DNA of 45,952 nt. Source: a bacterium. Its GTDB lineage: Bacteria > Zhuqueibacterota > Zhuqueibacteria > Zhuqueibacterales > Zhuqueibacteraceae. The notes below the pieces were generated by a model. The model was not told where the DNA came from, did no database searches, and saw only the letters and a program-made list of their open reading frames with translations. Numbering within the stretch: the first letter of the stretch is position 1; every line of letters begins with the position of its first letter. A program made the position numbers and the translations under genes. The DNA lies in assembly GCA_044869275.1 (NCBI GenBank), contig JBIOXB010000024.1, positions 1 to 45,952 on the forward strand. Direction: 5' to 3'. This document shows positions 9,172 through 18,505 of this stretch, in pieces.

Positions 9172-9933
9172 ATGGCCGAATACTCTGCCAGTGAATTGAT
9201 GGTCGCACGCGCCGCACGCGAGTTGGGCAACGACGACGTGGTGTTTGTCGGCATCGGCTTGCCCAACATGGCGTGCAACCTCGCCCGCCTCACTCATGCC
9301 CCCGAATTGGTTTTGATTTACGAATCCGGCGCCGTCGGCGCGATGCCGGAACGGTTGCCGGTTTCCATCGGTGATCCTGCACTCGTCGCGGGCGCGCTTT
9401 CCGTCTGTTCACTTGCCGACGTTTTTCTCAATTATCTGCAGGGGGGCAGAATTACCGTCGGCTTTCTCGGCGGCGCGCAGATCGATCGTTTCGGCAACAT
9501 CAATTCCACCGTCATCGGCGATTATCACAAGCCCAAAGTGCGTTTGCCCGGCAGCGGCGGCGCTTCTGAAATCGCCGCACTCGCCCAGAAGATTCTCATC
9601 ATTACTCCTCTCCGTTCGCGCAATTTCCCCGCGCGCGTGGATTTTCTCACCAGCCCAGGATTCCTCAACGGCGGCAGTGAGCGCGCTGCGCTCGGCCTCA
9701 CCACCGCAGGACCGACAGTCGTGGTGACCGATTATGGCGTATTTCGCTTCGATCCTGTCACGCATGAAATGATTCTGACCGATATTCATCCCGGCGTCGA
9801 GCCGAAGACCATTCGCGAAAACGTCGGCTGGGACATCAAGTTCGCCAGCGAGTTGCATGTTACAGCCCCGCCGACCAATGCAGAGATGCGCTTGATTCGT
9901 GAGGAACTCGATCCCGATCGCATTTATTTGTAA
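9172..9933 (+). CDS. CoA-transferase beta subunit (glutaconate/3-oxoadipate CoA-transferase B family)
   Basis: VFVGIGLP, LIYESG (catalytic Glu), GFLGGAQIDRFGNINST, RLPGSGGA. Confidence 0.92.
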   Translation: MAEYSASELMVARAARELGNDDVVFVGIGLPNMACNLARLTHAPELVLIYESGAVGAMPERLPVSIGDPALVAGALSVCSLADVFLNYLQGGRITVGFLGGAQIDRFGNINSTVIGDYHKPKVRLPGSGGASEIAALAQKILIITPLRSRNFPARVDFLTSPGFLNGGSERAALGLTTAGPTVVVTDYGVFRFDPVTHEMILTDIHPGVEPKTIRENVGWDIKFASELHVTAPPTNAEMRLIREELDPDRIYL

Positions 9934-9961
9934 GGGATTCTTGATTCATTCCGGTTTTCGC

Positions 9962-10240
9962 ATGAGCACGGTGCTCTGGTCCATCGTCGCCGTTTTTCTC
10001 GGCCTCTCCTGCACGAAGGCTTTTACCGGCACGGCGGGGAAAATCGCCGGGGCCGTCAAGGACAAAAACACCGGTGCAGCCTTGCCCGGGGTTCAAATCA
10101 TCTTGGAAGGCGCAGCCTTGCGCGCCACGACCGACTCCGCAGGCCGGTATTTTATTTTTCCCGTATTCCCAGGAGGTTACACGCTCGCGGCAACGGCCGC
10201 AGGTTATGACGCGGAGCGCTGTTCACAAATAGATCTCTGA
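9962..10240 (+). pseudogene. Stand-alone carboxypeptidase-regulatory-like domain with signal peptide, paralogous to the N-terminus of the downstream receptor
   Basis: GTAGKIAGAVKDKNTGAALPGVQIILEG versus GTTGKIAGEVKDKSTGQPLPGVNIVLEG in the next gene; ends after 92 aa. Confidence 0.6.
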
Positions 10241-10261
10241 TAACTTCGAAGGGAGGAAAGC

Positions 10262-12928
10262 ATGCAAAGTCCGTTTACACTCTTCAAAGCAGTCGCCGTG
10301 TGGATTTCGCTTGTGATATTTTCTTTGGGGGCGCTGGCCGGCACGACGGGAAAAATCGCCGGTGAGGTCAAAGACAAAAGCACGGGCCAGCCGCTGCCCG
10401 GCGTCAACATCGTTCTCGAGGGCACGACCATAGGCGCGGCGACGGATTTGAGCGGACGCTATTACATCCTGCTCATCGCGCCGGGAACCTACAATGTCGT
10501 CGCCACGATGATCGGATACCAGCCCGTCAAAATCTCCAATGTCAAAATCAATGTCGATCTCACCACCACCGTCAATTTCGATCTTTCTGCAACGACCATA
10601 GAATTGGGCGAGGCGATTGAAATCGTCGCCGAGCGGTCGTTGATTCAGAAAGACGGTGTGACCACGATGCAAGTCGCCGAGGCGGAAATGGTGGAGAACA
10701 TGGTCGCGGATGATTTCAAAGACGTGTTGACGATCAACTCGGGTATCACGACCACGCAGATTCGCGACGCGATCTTTGAAGAAACCTCGGAAACCGGTGA
10801 GGGCAAGTATTACGTGCGTGGCGGCCGCGGCAACGAATTGGCCGTGATGGTCGATGGCATGTACGTGCGCGATGCGTTTTCCGGCGGCCTGGGCACCGAA
10901 GTCTCCAACGGCGCGATCGAAGAGCTGCAAGTGATCAGCGGCAACTTCAACGCGGAATATGGCAATGCCATGAGCGGCGTACTGAACTTGATCACGCAAG
11001 ACGGCGGCGCGAAGACCACCTTGCGCTTGCGCGGTTTTACCGACGCCCTCTTCGGCAAGCGGTCCAGCGAATACACTTTTCTGGATCGTTACAACCAGGT
11101 CAGCGAGAACGGCCACCTTTCCGCCGCCAACTGGGGCACGAATCAGGGCCAGGCCAGCTTGGGGGGCCCGCTGCCGGGTTTGGGCGATAAAATAAAATAC
11201 TTTCTTTCGGGTGAATATTTTGAAAGCGACGGCAGCATCGGCATCCTGCAGAACGAAATCGCGCGGCGCGCCTCGGCAAAACTCACCTTCAACCTGGGCC
11301 GCACGATCAAGCTCAACGTGAGCGGGAATGCCAATCGCGAAGACTTGCAGGTCTATCAACACGCTTTCGCGCACGATCAGCACGAAGAAGCCATCGCCAT
11401 CAGCGGCGACAGCACGGTTTTCCCGCTCAACGTGCCGCCCAATAATTTTGCCGGCAACGATCACATCAGCAGCCGCGTGCTGCAGGGCATCATTAGCTGG
11501 ACACACACGCTCAGCGCCAAAGCGTTTTATGAAATCAAGCTGCAGCGCTTTTCACGCGAATACTTCAATCGCGTCAATGATGATATCAATGCTTATCAAG
11601 CCAACCCCATTCAATACAATGATCCGGAAGATTTCGTGGTGAATGGGTATCAGCCGCGCTTCATCGATCAGGAAGACCGCGTTTATCAAGCGAAATTTGA
11701 TCTGACCTATCAGCTCAACATCGAGCATAATCTCAAAGCGGGGATTGACTTCAATCGCCATCGCATCTGGCGGCACCAGATTTTGCCCACGGGCGACATT
11801 GCCAATATTCGCGAGGATATGTACCTCTTCTACCCGCTGGAAGCCGCGGTGTACGCGCAAGACAAAATGGAATTCAAAGATTTGGTGATCAACGTGGGCG
11901 TGCGCCTCGACCGTTTTGCGCCGCGCGACAGCGTGGCGGTGGACCGCAACGACCCCCTGGGCCCGCGCACGATCGCCGACAACAAAACCACGTTCAGTCC
12001 GCGCATCGGCATCGCGCATCCGATTTCCGACCGCGCCAATCTGCATTTTTCTTACGGCCATTTTTATCAAGTGCCGGAATACGACAAGATCGTGTTCAAT
12101 AGCCGGCGGCACATCGATATTTTCCGCCCGACCCTGGGCAACGCCGGCCTCGAGCCGCAAAAGACCGTGGCGTTCGAAGTGGGCTGGGATCAGGAGCTCA
12201 CCGCTAATCTCGCGATGACGGTGACGGGCTTTTACAAAGATTATCAGAATTTGCTCGCCACCGACCCTTATCCTGACGCGCGGCCGGCCTCAGTGACCTA
12301 TTACATCAACCAGGATTTCGCCAACGCGCGCGGCGTGGAAATCAATATGCGCACGCGCCGGGTCAAGCATTTTGGCGCATTTTTGAGTTACACCATTCAG
12401 CGCGCGGAGGGCAACAGCAGCAATCCCCTGGACACGCGCGACGACTTGCTGGCGCGGCCGCCAAGGGTGCCGCTTAAACAGCTCATCATCCTGGATTGGG
12501 ACCGCCCGCACAAATTCAATTTTAATCTCGATTATCGCTTTGGCAGAAACGAAGGCCCGCGGCTCGGCGGCATGAAAGTGCTGCAAAATTTTGGCCTCAA
12601 TTTGACGGGCCGGTTTGAAAGCGGTTTGCCCTACACGCCCACGGACACGCGCGGCCAGCGCATCGCGGATGAAAACGTGGCGCGCATGCCCTCCACCTGG
12701 CAGCTCGACTTGCGTGTGGATAAGAATTTTGTTTTCGGCGGCAGCAAGGCCGGCATTTTCCTGGAGGTCACGAATCTGACCAATCGCGTCAACGTGGCGG
12801 ACGTGTTTACCGATAGCGGTTTGCCGCTGGACACGCGCGACCCCACCTACACCGAGTTTGGGAAGCGAGACCCTTACAATCTTTATCCGCAGCGCAACAT
12901 TCGCCTTGGCGCGGAGCTGGAGTTTTGA
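10262..12928 (+). CDS. TonB-dependent receptor with N-terminal carboxypeptidase-regulatory-like domain
   Basis: Signal peptide, plug motifs YVRGGR..E and SGNFNAEYGNAMSGVLN, FSPRIG, terminal Phe, GGAGG RBS. Confidence 0.95.
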   Translation: MQSPFTLFKAVAVWISLVIFSLGALAGTTGKIAGEVKDKSTGQPLPGVNIVLEGTTIGAATDLSGRYYILLIAPGTYNVVATMIGYQPVKISNVKINVDLTTTVNFDLSATTIELGEAIEIVAERSLIQKDGVTTMQVAEAEMVENMVADDFKDVLTINSGITTTQIRDAIFEETSETGEGKYYVRGGRGNELAVMVDGMYVRDAFSGGLGTEVSNGAIEELQVISGNFNAEYGNAMSGVLNLITQDGGAKTTLRLRGFTDALFGKRSSEYTFLDRYNQVSENGHLSAANWGTNQGQASLGGPLPGLGDKIKYFLSGEYFESDGSIGILQNEIARRASAKLTFNLGRTIKLNVSGNANREDLQVYQHAFAHDQHEEAIAISGDSTVFPLNVPPNNFAGNDHISSRVLQGIISWTHTLSAKAFYEIKLQRFSREYFNRVNDDINAYQANPIQYNDPEDFVVNGYQPRFIDQEDRVYQAKFDLTYQLNIEHNLKAGIDFNRHRIWRHQILPTGDIANIREDMYLFYPLEAAVYAQDKMEFKDLVINVGVRLDRFAPRDSVAVDRNDPLGPRTIADNKTTFSPRIGIAHPISDRANLHFSYGHFYQVPEYDKIVFNSRRHIDIFRPTLGNAGLEPQKTVAFEVGWDQELTANLAMTVTGFYKDYQNLLATDPYPDARPASVTYYINQDFANARGVEINMRTRRVKHFGAFLSYTIQRAEGNSSNPLDTRDDLLARPPRVPLKQLIILDWDRPHKFNFNLDYRFGRNEGPRLGGMKVLQNFGLNLTGRFESGLPYTPTDTRGQRIADENVARMPSTWQLDLRVDKNFVFGGSKAGIFLEVTNLTNRVNVADVFTDSGLPLDTRDPTYTEFGKRDPYNLYPQRNIRLGAELEF

Positions 12929-12983
12929 CGTTCCGCAGCATCGGGAGTTTGACTCATAAGAATCTTCTCGGAGGCTTTGAGGA

Positions 12984-15900
12984 ATGAAAACAAAACCAAT
13001 CTTGATCACGATCGCGCTGGCCTTCTCGTGCTTTTTGATCGCCGCAGGCACGGACCCGGGCGGCAAGGCGGAGAAAATCCGTGCGCTGCAGCGGCGCCAA
13101 AAATTCGCCCAACCCTCGGATTTCAACGACCGCAAGCTGGGCCTCATGGACAACGGCCGCATGGTCATGTATTACGACAATAACGGCTTCATTGGCGACC
13201 GCAATTTCACGCGCAGCATCGAGTGGCCGGCGGGCTCGATCAATTATCTCGTCTGGCAAATCGGCATTCTCTTCGGCGCGGTCACCGCAAACGGCGATAC
13301 CATTGTGAGCGAATCTTTCAACGACATTTCCGACAATCAGTTCAACCCCGAGCCGGGTTATGACAATCCGGATTATTTTTTTGATCTGCTCAGCGGCCCT
13401 ATTGTCGCGCGCAGTGACATTCCGGAAAGTTATGCCCCGTCATTTAGCGGCTTGTGGCCCGCTTTCGGTGGCGGCACGACGACCTCCGATGAACTGAGAA
13501 GGGTGGGACGGCAAGAATCATATTGGGTCATGCGTGATAACAATGATCCCGTCGTGAGCAACCGGCCGCCGTTGAACCTGGAAGTGGAATGCCGCTTGAT
13601 CGAAATCAATGACGTGCTGACGCAGGATTTTATTTTTGCCTTCTACAAAGTGCGCAATAATTTGCCGCAAAGCCAGCCACTGCGCAATTGCCGCTTTGGC
13701 GTGTTGATGGACGCCGATGTGCCCGCCCTCGTGGGCGCGGAATTTGAGGATGATGATTCCAATTTCATCCGCGATTTGAATCTGGCCTATGCTCGCGACA
13801 GCGACAATTTTTACGCCAGCAAGCCGGATCTGAATCCCGGACATATCGGAGTGAAATACTTGCGCAGCCCGAAGGGCCCGGACGGCCAGGAACTGGGCTT
13901 GACAGCGTGGACCACGTTCGAATACGGCGACATGCCCAATCCTGGCGAGTTTTATTTGAATGAAGACGGCCCCGATCCTTCCGCCGGTTCCTTCGCCAGC
14001 CGCGATCACGCGCAATACGGCTACATGAAGCCCGGCTTGTTCATGAAGCCGCGCTTCAAACGTGACGTGGCGTTTATTATGAGCAGCGGCGAATTCGATT
14101 TAGCCGTGGGTGACAGCGTGGAGATCGGCGTGGCCTATATTGCCGCGCCGGATTTTGAATCCTTGTTGAACAACGCTCAGGCCGTACAAACGGTTTTCGA
14201 CAACAATTTTCGCATCCCCACGCCGCCGGAACCGCCGGCGGTCACGGGTGTGGCCGGCAACGAAACGGCCACACTTTATTGGAAAGCCGAGCCCAGCGAA
14301 AACTCGTTGGATCAATTGACCGGCCGCGAGGACTTCGAAGGCTACCGTATTTATCGCAGTGAAGATCGCGGCCAGACTTGGGGCGATCCCACGGATAATC
14401 TCGTGCGCTATCCCAACGGCGTTTTACCGATCGCGGAATACGACGTGGTGAATCTCCCGGGCCAGCTGGCGGGCATCGTGGTCGCGCATTCCAACCAGAT
14501 TTCAGACGCTTCCATTGCCAGCGAGGGCGTGGCCGACGGCACCCAGCCCGGCGACGCCGGCGGCATTGACAATTCCAGCTTTTTTTCCAATGACAATTTT
14601 CAAATCATCTTTGACACCGATGGCACCTTTCAAGTGTTGAACGCCTCGCTGGGAACATTTCTCAATTATCTCACGGATTACGCCGATGCCGTCGGTTTTG
14701 CCGTGTTCGATCAAGATTGGTTATTGCTCGCGGACAATCCCGACGCGACGCACGGCTTGTATCGCAGCGGCTATCATATCTACATTCCGGGCATGTTTGC
14801 CAGCATCAGCGATGAAAGTACTTCGCCCAAAGCCGGCGACGTTTTTTCCATCGATCAGCGCCGCAACGATGCCGGCCACAATGCCGGCTTGCAGCACCGG
14901 TATATGGATGCCAATGTGCCGAATCAACCCAAGCTCCTGTTCAACGGCTATGAGTACTGGTACACGGTGGCGGCTTACGATCGCGCGGATTTGGTGGTGG
15001 GCGTGCCGCTCAAAGAAAACCTGCCTTTGAACATCGCCACCACGGCCGACGATCAAACCGTCGCGGTGACGCCGCAAGCACCGGGCGCCGGTTTGGTGGA
15101 AGCGAATGTGGACACGAGCATGGCGCACGTAGCAGGCAATTCGGATGTGGCCGGATTCGAATTGCAAGTGATCGATCCCACGAGGATCACCGGACATCGC
15201 TATGAGATTTCATTCAATGATGTGGAAGCGGATAAGACTTATTCCGTCCGGAATCTCACGGCGAGTGGCCAGCCGTTGGTGCTTGAGAACGAGCCGTTCT
15301 ATGATACCGCGGCGGACAACGCCAGAGTGTTCGACGGCTTGCGCCTGCTGATCAACGACGTGGAATTCAACATCAATACCGAGAGCTCGCGGCAAACCGC
15401 TCCTGCCGGGGTGAGCGATCTGATCCTGAATCTTGATTCGCTCGAGCCACGCGACGGTGCGAACGATCATGACTATCTCTTCAAGTTCTTCCAGAATCCG
15501 GAAGATTCGGCGGCTTTCAGTTATACTTATGCGGATTGGGACAACGGCACGCCGGTGACCGCGCCTTTTGTTGTCATCGACCTTGTGACCGGAGACACGC
15601 TGACGGTTGAAATTTTGGATGCGGGCGACGGCGAGGGCGACGGTACATACGACGTTGCCGAGCGCATTGCCATCGGCGATACGCCCTACACCGGCAGCGG
15701 CGAATGGGAGGCGAGCACGTACCTCTATCGTTTTGCATTTGACGGAATCTATGCCGCCGGAGCCGAATTCACGCTCGTCACCAACAAGCCGCTGACCTCC
15801 GCCGACCGATATCAATTCAACACGCTCGCGCGCACGTACGCAGCCACGGCGAATGATCTAAATGCGATTCGCGTCGTGCCCAATCCTTTTGTGGTGACTT

Positions 15901-16157
15901 CGGGCCTGGACGTCGGCCGCGACCGCCACGAGATTCAGTTCACGCGCCTGCCGGAAACGTGTACGATCAAGATTTTTACCATCGCCGGCGAGCTGGTGAA
16001 AACCATCGATTATAATCGCAACACGGAAGGAACGAGCTTTGCGCGCTGGGATTTGAAAACCGAGTTCGGCAGCGAAGTGGCTTACGGCGTGTATTTGTAT
16101 CACGTCGACGCGCCCGCGGTGGGCAAGAAGATGGGAAAACTGGCGATTATGCGGTAG
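12984..16157 (+). CDS. Large acidic exported protein with a split FN3-like module and a C-terminal T9SS/FlgD-Ig-like sorting domain
   Basis: Signal peptide; PPEPP..TLYW..FEGYRIYRS..YWYTVAAYD; C-terminus VVPNPF..IKIFTIAGELVKTI..WDL..GVYLY..GKLAIMR. Confidence 0.85.
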   Translation: MKTKPILITIALAFSCFLIAAGTDPGGKAEKIRALQRRQKFAQPSDFNDRKLGLMDNGRMVMYYDNNGFIGDRNFTRSIEWPAGSINYLVWQIGILFGAVTANGDTIVSESFNDISDNQFNPEPGYDNPDYFFDLLSGPIVARSDIPESYAPSFSGLWPAFGGGTTTSDELRRVGRQESYWVMRDNNDPVVSNRPPLNLEVECRLIEINDVLTQDFIFAFYKVRNNLPQSQPLRNCRFGVLMDADVPALVGAEFEDDDSNFIRDLNLAYARDSDNFYASKPDLNPGHIGVKYLRSPKGPDGQELGLTAWTTFEYGDMPNPGEFYLNEDGPDPSAGSFASRDHAQYGYMKPGLFMKPRFKRDVAFIMSSGEFDLAVGDSVEIGVAYIAAPDFESLLNNAQAVQTVFDNNFRIPTPPEPPAVTGVAGNETATLYWKAEPSENSLDQLTGREDFEGYRIYRSEDRGQTWGDPTDNLVRYPNGVLPIAEYDVVNLPGQLAGIVVAHSNQISDASIASEGVADGTQPGDAGGIDNSSFFSNDNFQIIFDTDGTFQVLNASLGTFLNYLTDYADAVGFAVFDQDWLLLADNPDATHGLYRSGYHIYIPGMFASISDESTSPKAGDVFSIDQRRNDAGHNAGLQHRYMDANVPNQPKLLFNGYEYWYTVAAYDRADLVVGVPLKENLPLNIATTADDQTVAVTPQAPGAGLVEANVDTSMAHVAGNSDVAGFELQVIDPTRITGHRYEISFNDVEADKTYSVRNLTASGQPLVLENEPFYDTAADNARVFDGLRLLINDVEFNINTESSRQTAPAGVSDLILNLDSLEPRDGANDHDYLFKFFQNPEDSAAFSYTYADWDNGTPVTAPFVVIDLVTGDTLTVEILDAGDGEGDGTYDVAERIAIGDTPYTGSGEWEASTYLYRFAFDGIYAAGAEFTLVTNKPLTSADRYQFNTLARTYAATANDLNAIRVVPNPFVVTSGLDVGRDRHEIQFTRLPETCTIKIFTIAGELVKTIDYNRNTEGTSFARWDLKTEFGSEVAYGVYLYHVDAPAVGKKMGKLAIMR

Positions 16158-16158
16158 G

Positions 16159-16232
16159 GCGGAGGGCGGAGGGCAGAGCGCAGAGCGCTTGGAGCATGGC
16201 GGGTGACGCGAGACGACAGACGTAAAACGTGA
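16159..16232 (+). repeat. Degenerate heptamer repeats
   Basis: gcggagg gcggagg gcagagc gcagagc, then gagacga cagacgt aaaacgt. Confidence 0.6.
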
Positions 16233-16243
16233 AAGAAATATCA

Positions 16244-16334
16244 TGTCATTCTGTAAGAATCTTCCCGAGCTCATGCAGTATCTTTTTGATGCGCGAGTTT
16301 TTTGTGTGAATGAGAAGATCCCCACGGCATGACA
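16244..16334. repeat. TGTCAT...ATGACA-bounded inverted repeat (REP/MITE-like)
   Basis: TGTCATTCTGTAAGAATCTTC pairs with GAAGATCCCCACGGCATGACA (16 of 21). A related half, ATTCCTACGGAATGACA, lies near 2484-2500. Confidence 0.55.
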
Positions 16335-16380
16335 GACTTGAAGCGAAGCAATCTCAAAGAACGGCTGGGAGATTGATCAT

Positions 16381-17391
16381 ATGAAAAAGAGTATTCTCGG
16401 TGTGCTCGTGGTGGCGCTGCTGCCGGCGGTTTTGCACGCGCAGTTTGCCACTTCGACGGAAGGCTTCAACAACAACGGCACGCGTGCGGCACAGTTTCTG
16501 AAATTTCCCGTGGGCGCGCGCGCGACGGCGATGGGTGAATCTTATGCCGCCGTGGCGAATGACGCCTCCGCGCTGTTCTGGAATCCCGGCGGCGCCGGTC
16601 GCTTGAAAAATCTCGAAGTGCATCTCTCACATGTGAGTTATTTGCTGGATATCAATTTCAATTACGCCGGCATGGTTGTGCCCACCTCTTCAGGTAATTT
16701 GGGTTTCAGCGCCGCGGTACTCAACATGGGGGAGGAGCACGTGACCACGCTGGCCGACCCCGACGGCCAATCCGGCGTTTCGTGGAGCGCGAGCAGCTTT
16801 GCCCTCGGCGTGACTTTCAGCCGGGCCTTGACCGATCGCTTCTCCGTGGGGATTACGGGGAAATACATACAAGAGAATCTGTATAATTCTTCCGCAAAAT
16901 CCGTGGCGGTCGATATTGGCAGTCTTTATGAGACCGGCATGCGGGGCTTGAAAATCGGCATGGCCATGACCAACTTCGGCGGCAAAATGAAGCTGAGCGG
17001 CCGCGATCTCACGCTGCGCGACATCGATGCTGATCCTTTCGTTGGCGGCAACACCGGCCAATCCGCCGATCTGCAAGTGAGCTCATGGCCTTTGCCGCTG
17101 AATTTCCGCATTGGTGTCTCATTTGACATATTCCGCAATGAATCCAGCACGCTGATGCTCGCTTCGGATTTCAATCACCCCACGGATGCGGAAGAGCGCG
17201 TTCAAGTCGGCGCCGAATACTCTTTCCAGGGCCGTTTTTTTGTGCGCGGCGGCTACAAATTCAACTATGATGAGGAGTCTTTCACGCTCGGCGCGGGCTT
17301 GCAGTTGTCCGGCTTCTCCTTTGATTATGCCTACCGTGACTTCGGCGTGCTCGGCAACGTGCCGGCTTTTTCTTTGAATTTGCGGTTGTAG
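16381..17391 (+). CDS. PorV/PorQ-family (UPF0164) outer-membrane beta-barrel
   Basis: AQFLKFPVGARATAMGE..A..DASALFWNPGG, DIGSLY, LPLNFRIG, VGAEY, RGGY, FDYAY..FG.LG. Confidence 0.9.
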   Translation: MKKSILGVLVVALLPAVLHAQFATSTEGFNNNGTRAAQFLKFPVGARATAMGESYAAVANDASALFWNPGGAGRLKNLEVHLSHVSYLLDINFNYAGMVVPTSSGNLGFSAAVLNMGEEHVTTLADPDGQSGVSWSASSFALGVTFSRALTDRFSVGITGKYIQENLYNSSAKSVAVDIGSLYETGMRGLKIGMAMTNFGGKMKLSGRDLTLRDIDADPFVGGNTGQSADLQVSSWPLPLNFRIGVSFDIFRNESSTLMLASDFNHPTDAEERVQVGAEYSFQGRFFVRGGYKFNYDEESFTLGAGLQLSGFSFDYAYRDFGVLGNVPAFSLNLRL

Positions 17392-17427
17392 TCCACAGGC
17401 GGAACGGGATAGTTTTTCTATGCCAAT

Positions 17428-17468
17428 AAAAAAGGCCGCGAATCGTCAAGCGTGATTCGCGGCCTTTT
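17428..17468. terminator. Bidirectional intrinsic terminator between the PorV-like gene and tmRNA
   Basis: AAAAGGCCGCGAATC-loop-GATTCGCGGCCTTTT between convergent genes. Confidence 0.85.
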
Positions 17469-17475
17469 GATTTAG

Positions 17476-17833
17476 TGGAGACGGCGGGAATCGAACCCGC
17501 GTCCGAAGGCCAGTCAACGAGAACTTCTACATGCTTAGCAGATTGATCAATCTCGCGCGTGCGACCTCAGCCTGCAAGGGTCGTCACGCGCCAGCCTGTG
17601 AGATCTCGCCTCTCGCACCCAGACACAGCGAGACGCCAGCCACCAGAGTCGTCGCTTGCTTCCTCCCGGGTGGCGCGTTTGGAGCAAGCGTGCTACCTAA
17701 TTAGATTAGGCCGCAACAGCATACGCATAGTTGTCTGCGTTTAAATGGTTTGCCCGGATATTTAACGAGGTTCCAGACAACCTCGACATGCCGTCCTCAT
17801 CTCCTTGACCCCCGTCGAAGCCATGTCGTCCCC
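17476..17833 (-). ncRNA. ssrA: tmRNA, tag peptide (A)ADNYAYAVAA
   Basis: 5' GGGGACG pairs with 3' CGTCTCC-A with the G3:U alanine determinant; T-arm GCGGGTTCGATTCCCGC; tag ORF 17738-17706 gca gac aac tat gcg tat gct gtt gcg gcc taa. CCA is not encoded. Confidence 0.96.
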
Positions 17834-17895
17834 GAATCTCAGATCACTTGAACGAAAGTAAGAAACTTTGGTTCCGCAGGCAAGGAAAAAAAGCT

Positions 17896-17940
17896 TTGAC
17901 AAACCGCATGATTTCGCATATCTTTGCATAAATCGCCATG
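17896..17940 (+). promoter_or_regulatory. argR promoter with overlapping tandem ARG-box-like sites
   Basis: TTGACA-17 nt-TATCTT. The 18-mers accgcatgatttcgcata and tttgcataaatcgccatg, 2 nt apart, resemble degenerate TGCAT-N4-ATGCA boxes. Confidence 0.6.
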
Positions 17941-18008
17941 GGCCGGTGAAACCCGCATTACCAAATCACTTTTTGTTCGAAATTCTCGGTGTGACCCCGG
18001 AGCCGCTT

Positions 18009-18503
18009 ATGAAATTGACCAAACAGCAACGCCAGCTTATGATTCGCGAAATTGTTACCGCCAACAAGCTGGAAAGCCAGGAACAACTGAGCAAAATGCT
18101 GCGGCGGCAGCATGTGGAAGTGACGCAAGCCACGCTTTCGCGCGATCTGCGCGAAATGCGCATTGCGCGTGTGCCCGAAGACAATGGTTTTCGCTACGTG
18201 CTTCCCGAAGTGGCCGAAGGTAAAAAGCTGCGGCGCGTGGTGCAGGAAGAAATCGTGCAAATCCTCGCGAACGAAGCGATCATCCTGGTCAAGACGCTTC
18301 CCGGGCGCGCGGCCGGCGTCGGCGTCTTTATCGATCATTTGAAGAATCCCGACATTCTCGGCACGGTCGCCGGCAATGACACGCTGGTGGTGGTGCCGAC
18401 CACCGTGAAAAAGGCCAAAGAGGTAGCCGAAGCCTTGCGCGCCATCGGCGCCGAGGCGCAGGAGGAGGAGGAACAAAACGCAGCCGTGCTGGAGGTGGGC
18501 TAA
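18009..18503 (+). CDS. argR: Arginine repressor
   Basis: SQEQL, VTQATLSRDLREM, VKTLPGRA, ILGTVAGNDT. Start re-called at ATG 18009. Confidence 0.93.
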   Translation: MKLTKQQRQLMIREIVTANKLESQEQLSKMLRRQHVEVTQATLSRDLREMRIARVPEDNGFRYVLPEVAEGKKLRRVVQEEIVQILANEAIILVKTLPGRAAGVGVFIDHLKNPDILGTVAGNDTLVVVPTTVKKAKEVAEALRAIGAEAQEEEEQNAAVLEVG

Positions 18504-18505
18504 GC

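Noticed and set aside
9962..17476. Genomic island integrated at the tmRNA 3' end carrying the receptor cassette
   Set aside because: No integrase, no duplicated tmRNA 3' fragment seen, and a normal terminator follows ssrA.
17476..17510. tRNA gene
   Set aside because: The T-arm and acceptor stem belong to tmRNA; the matching 5' end is about 350 nt away with a tag ORF between.
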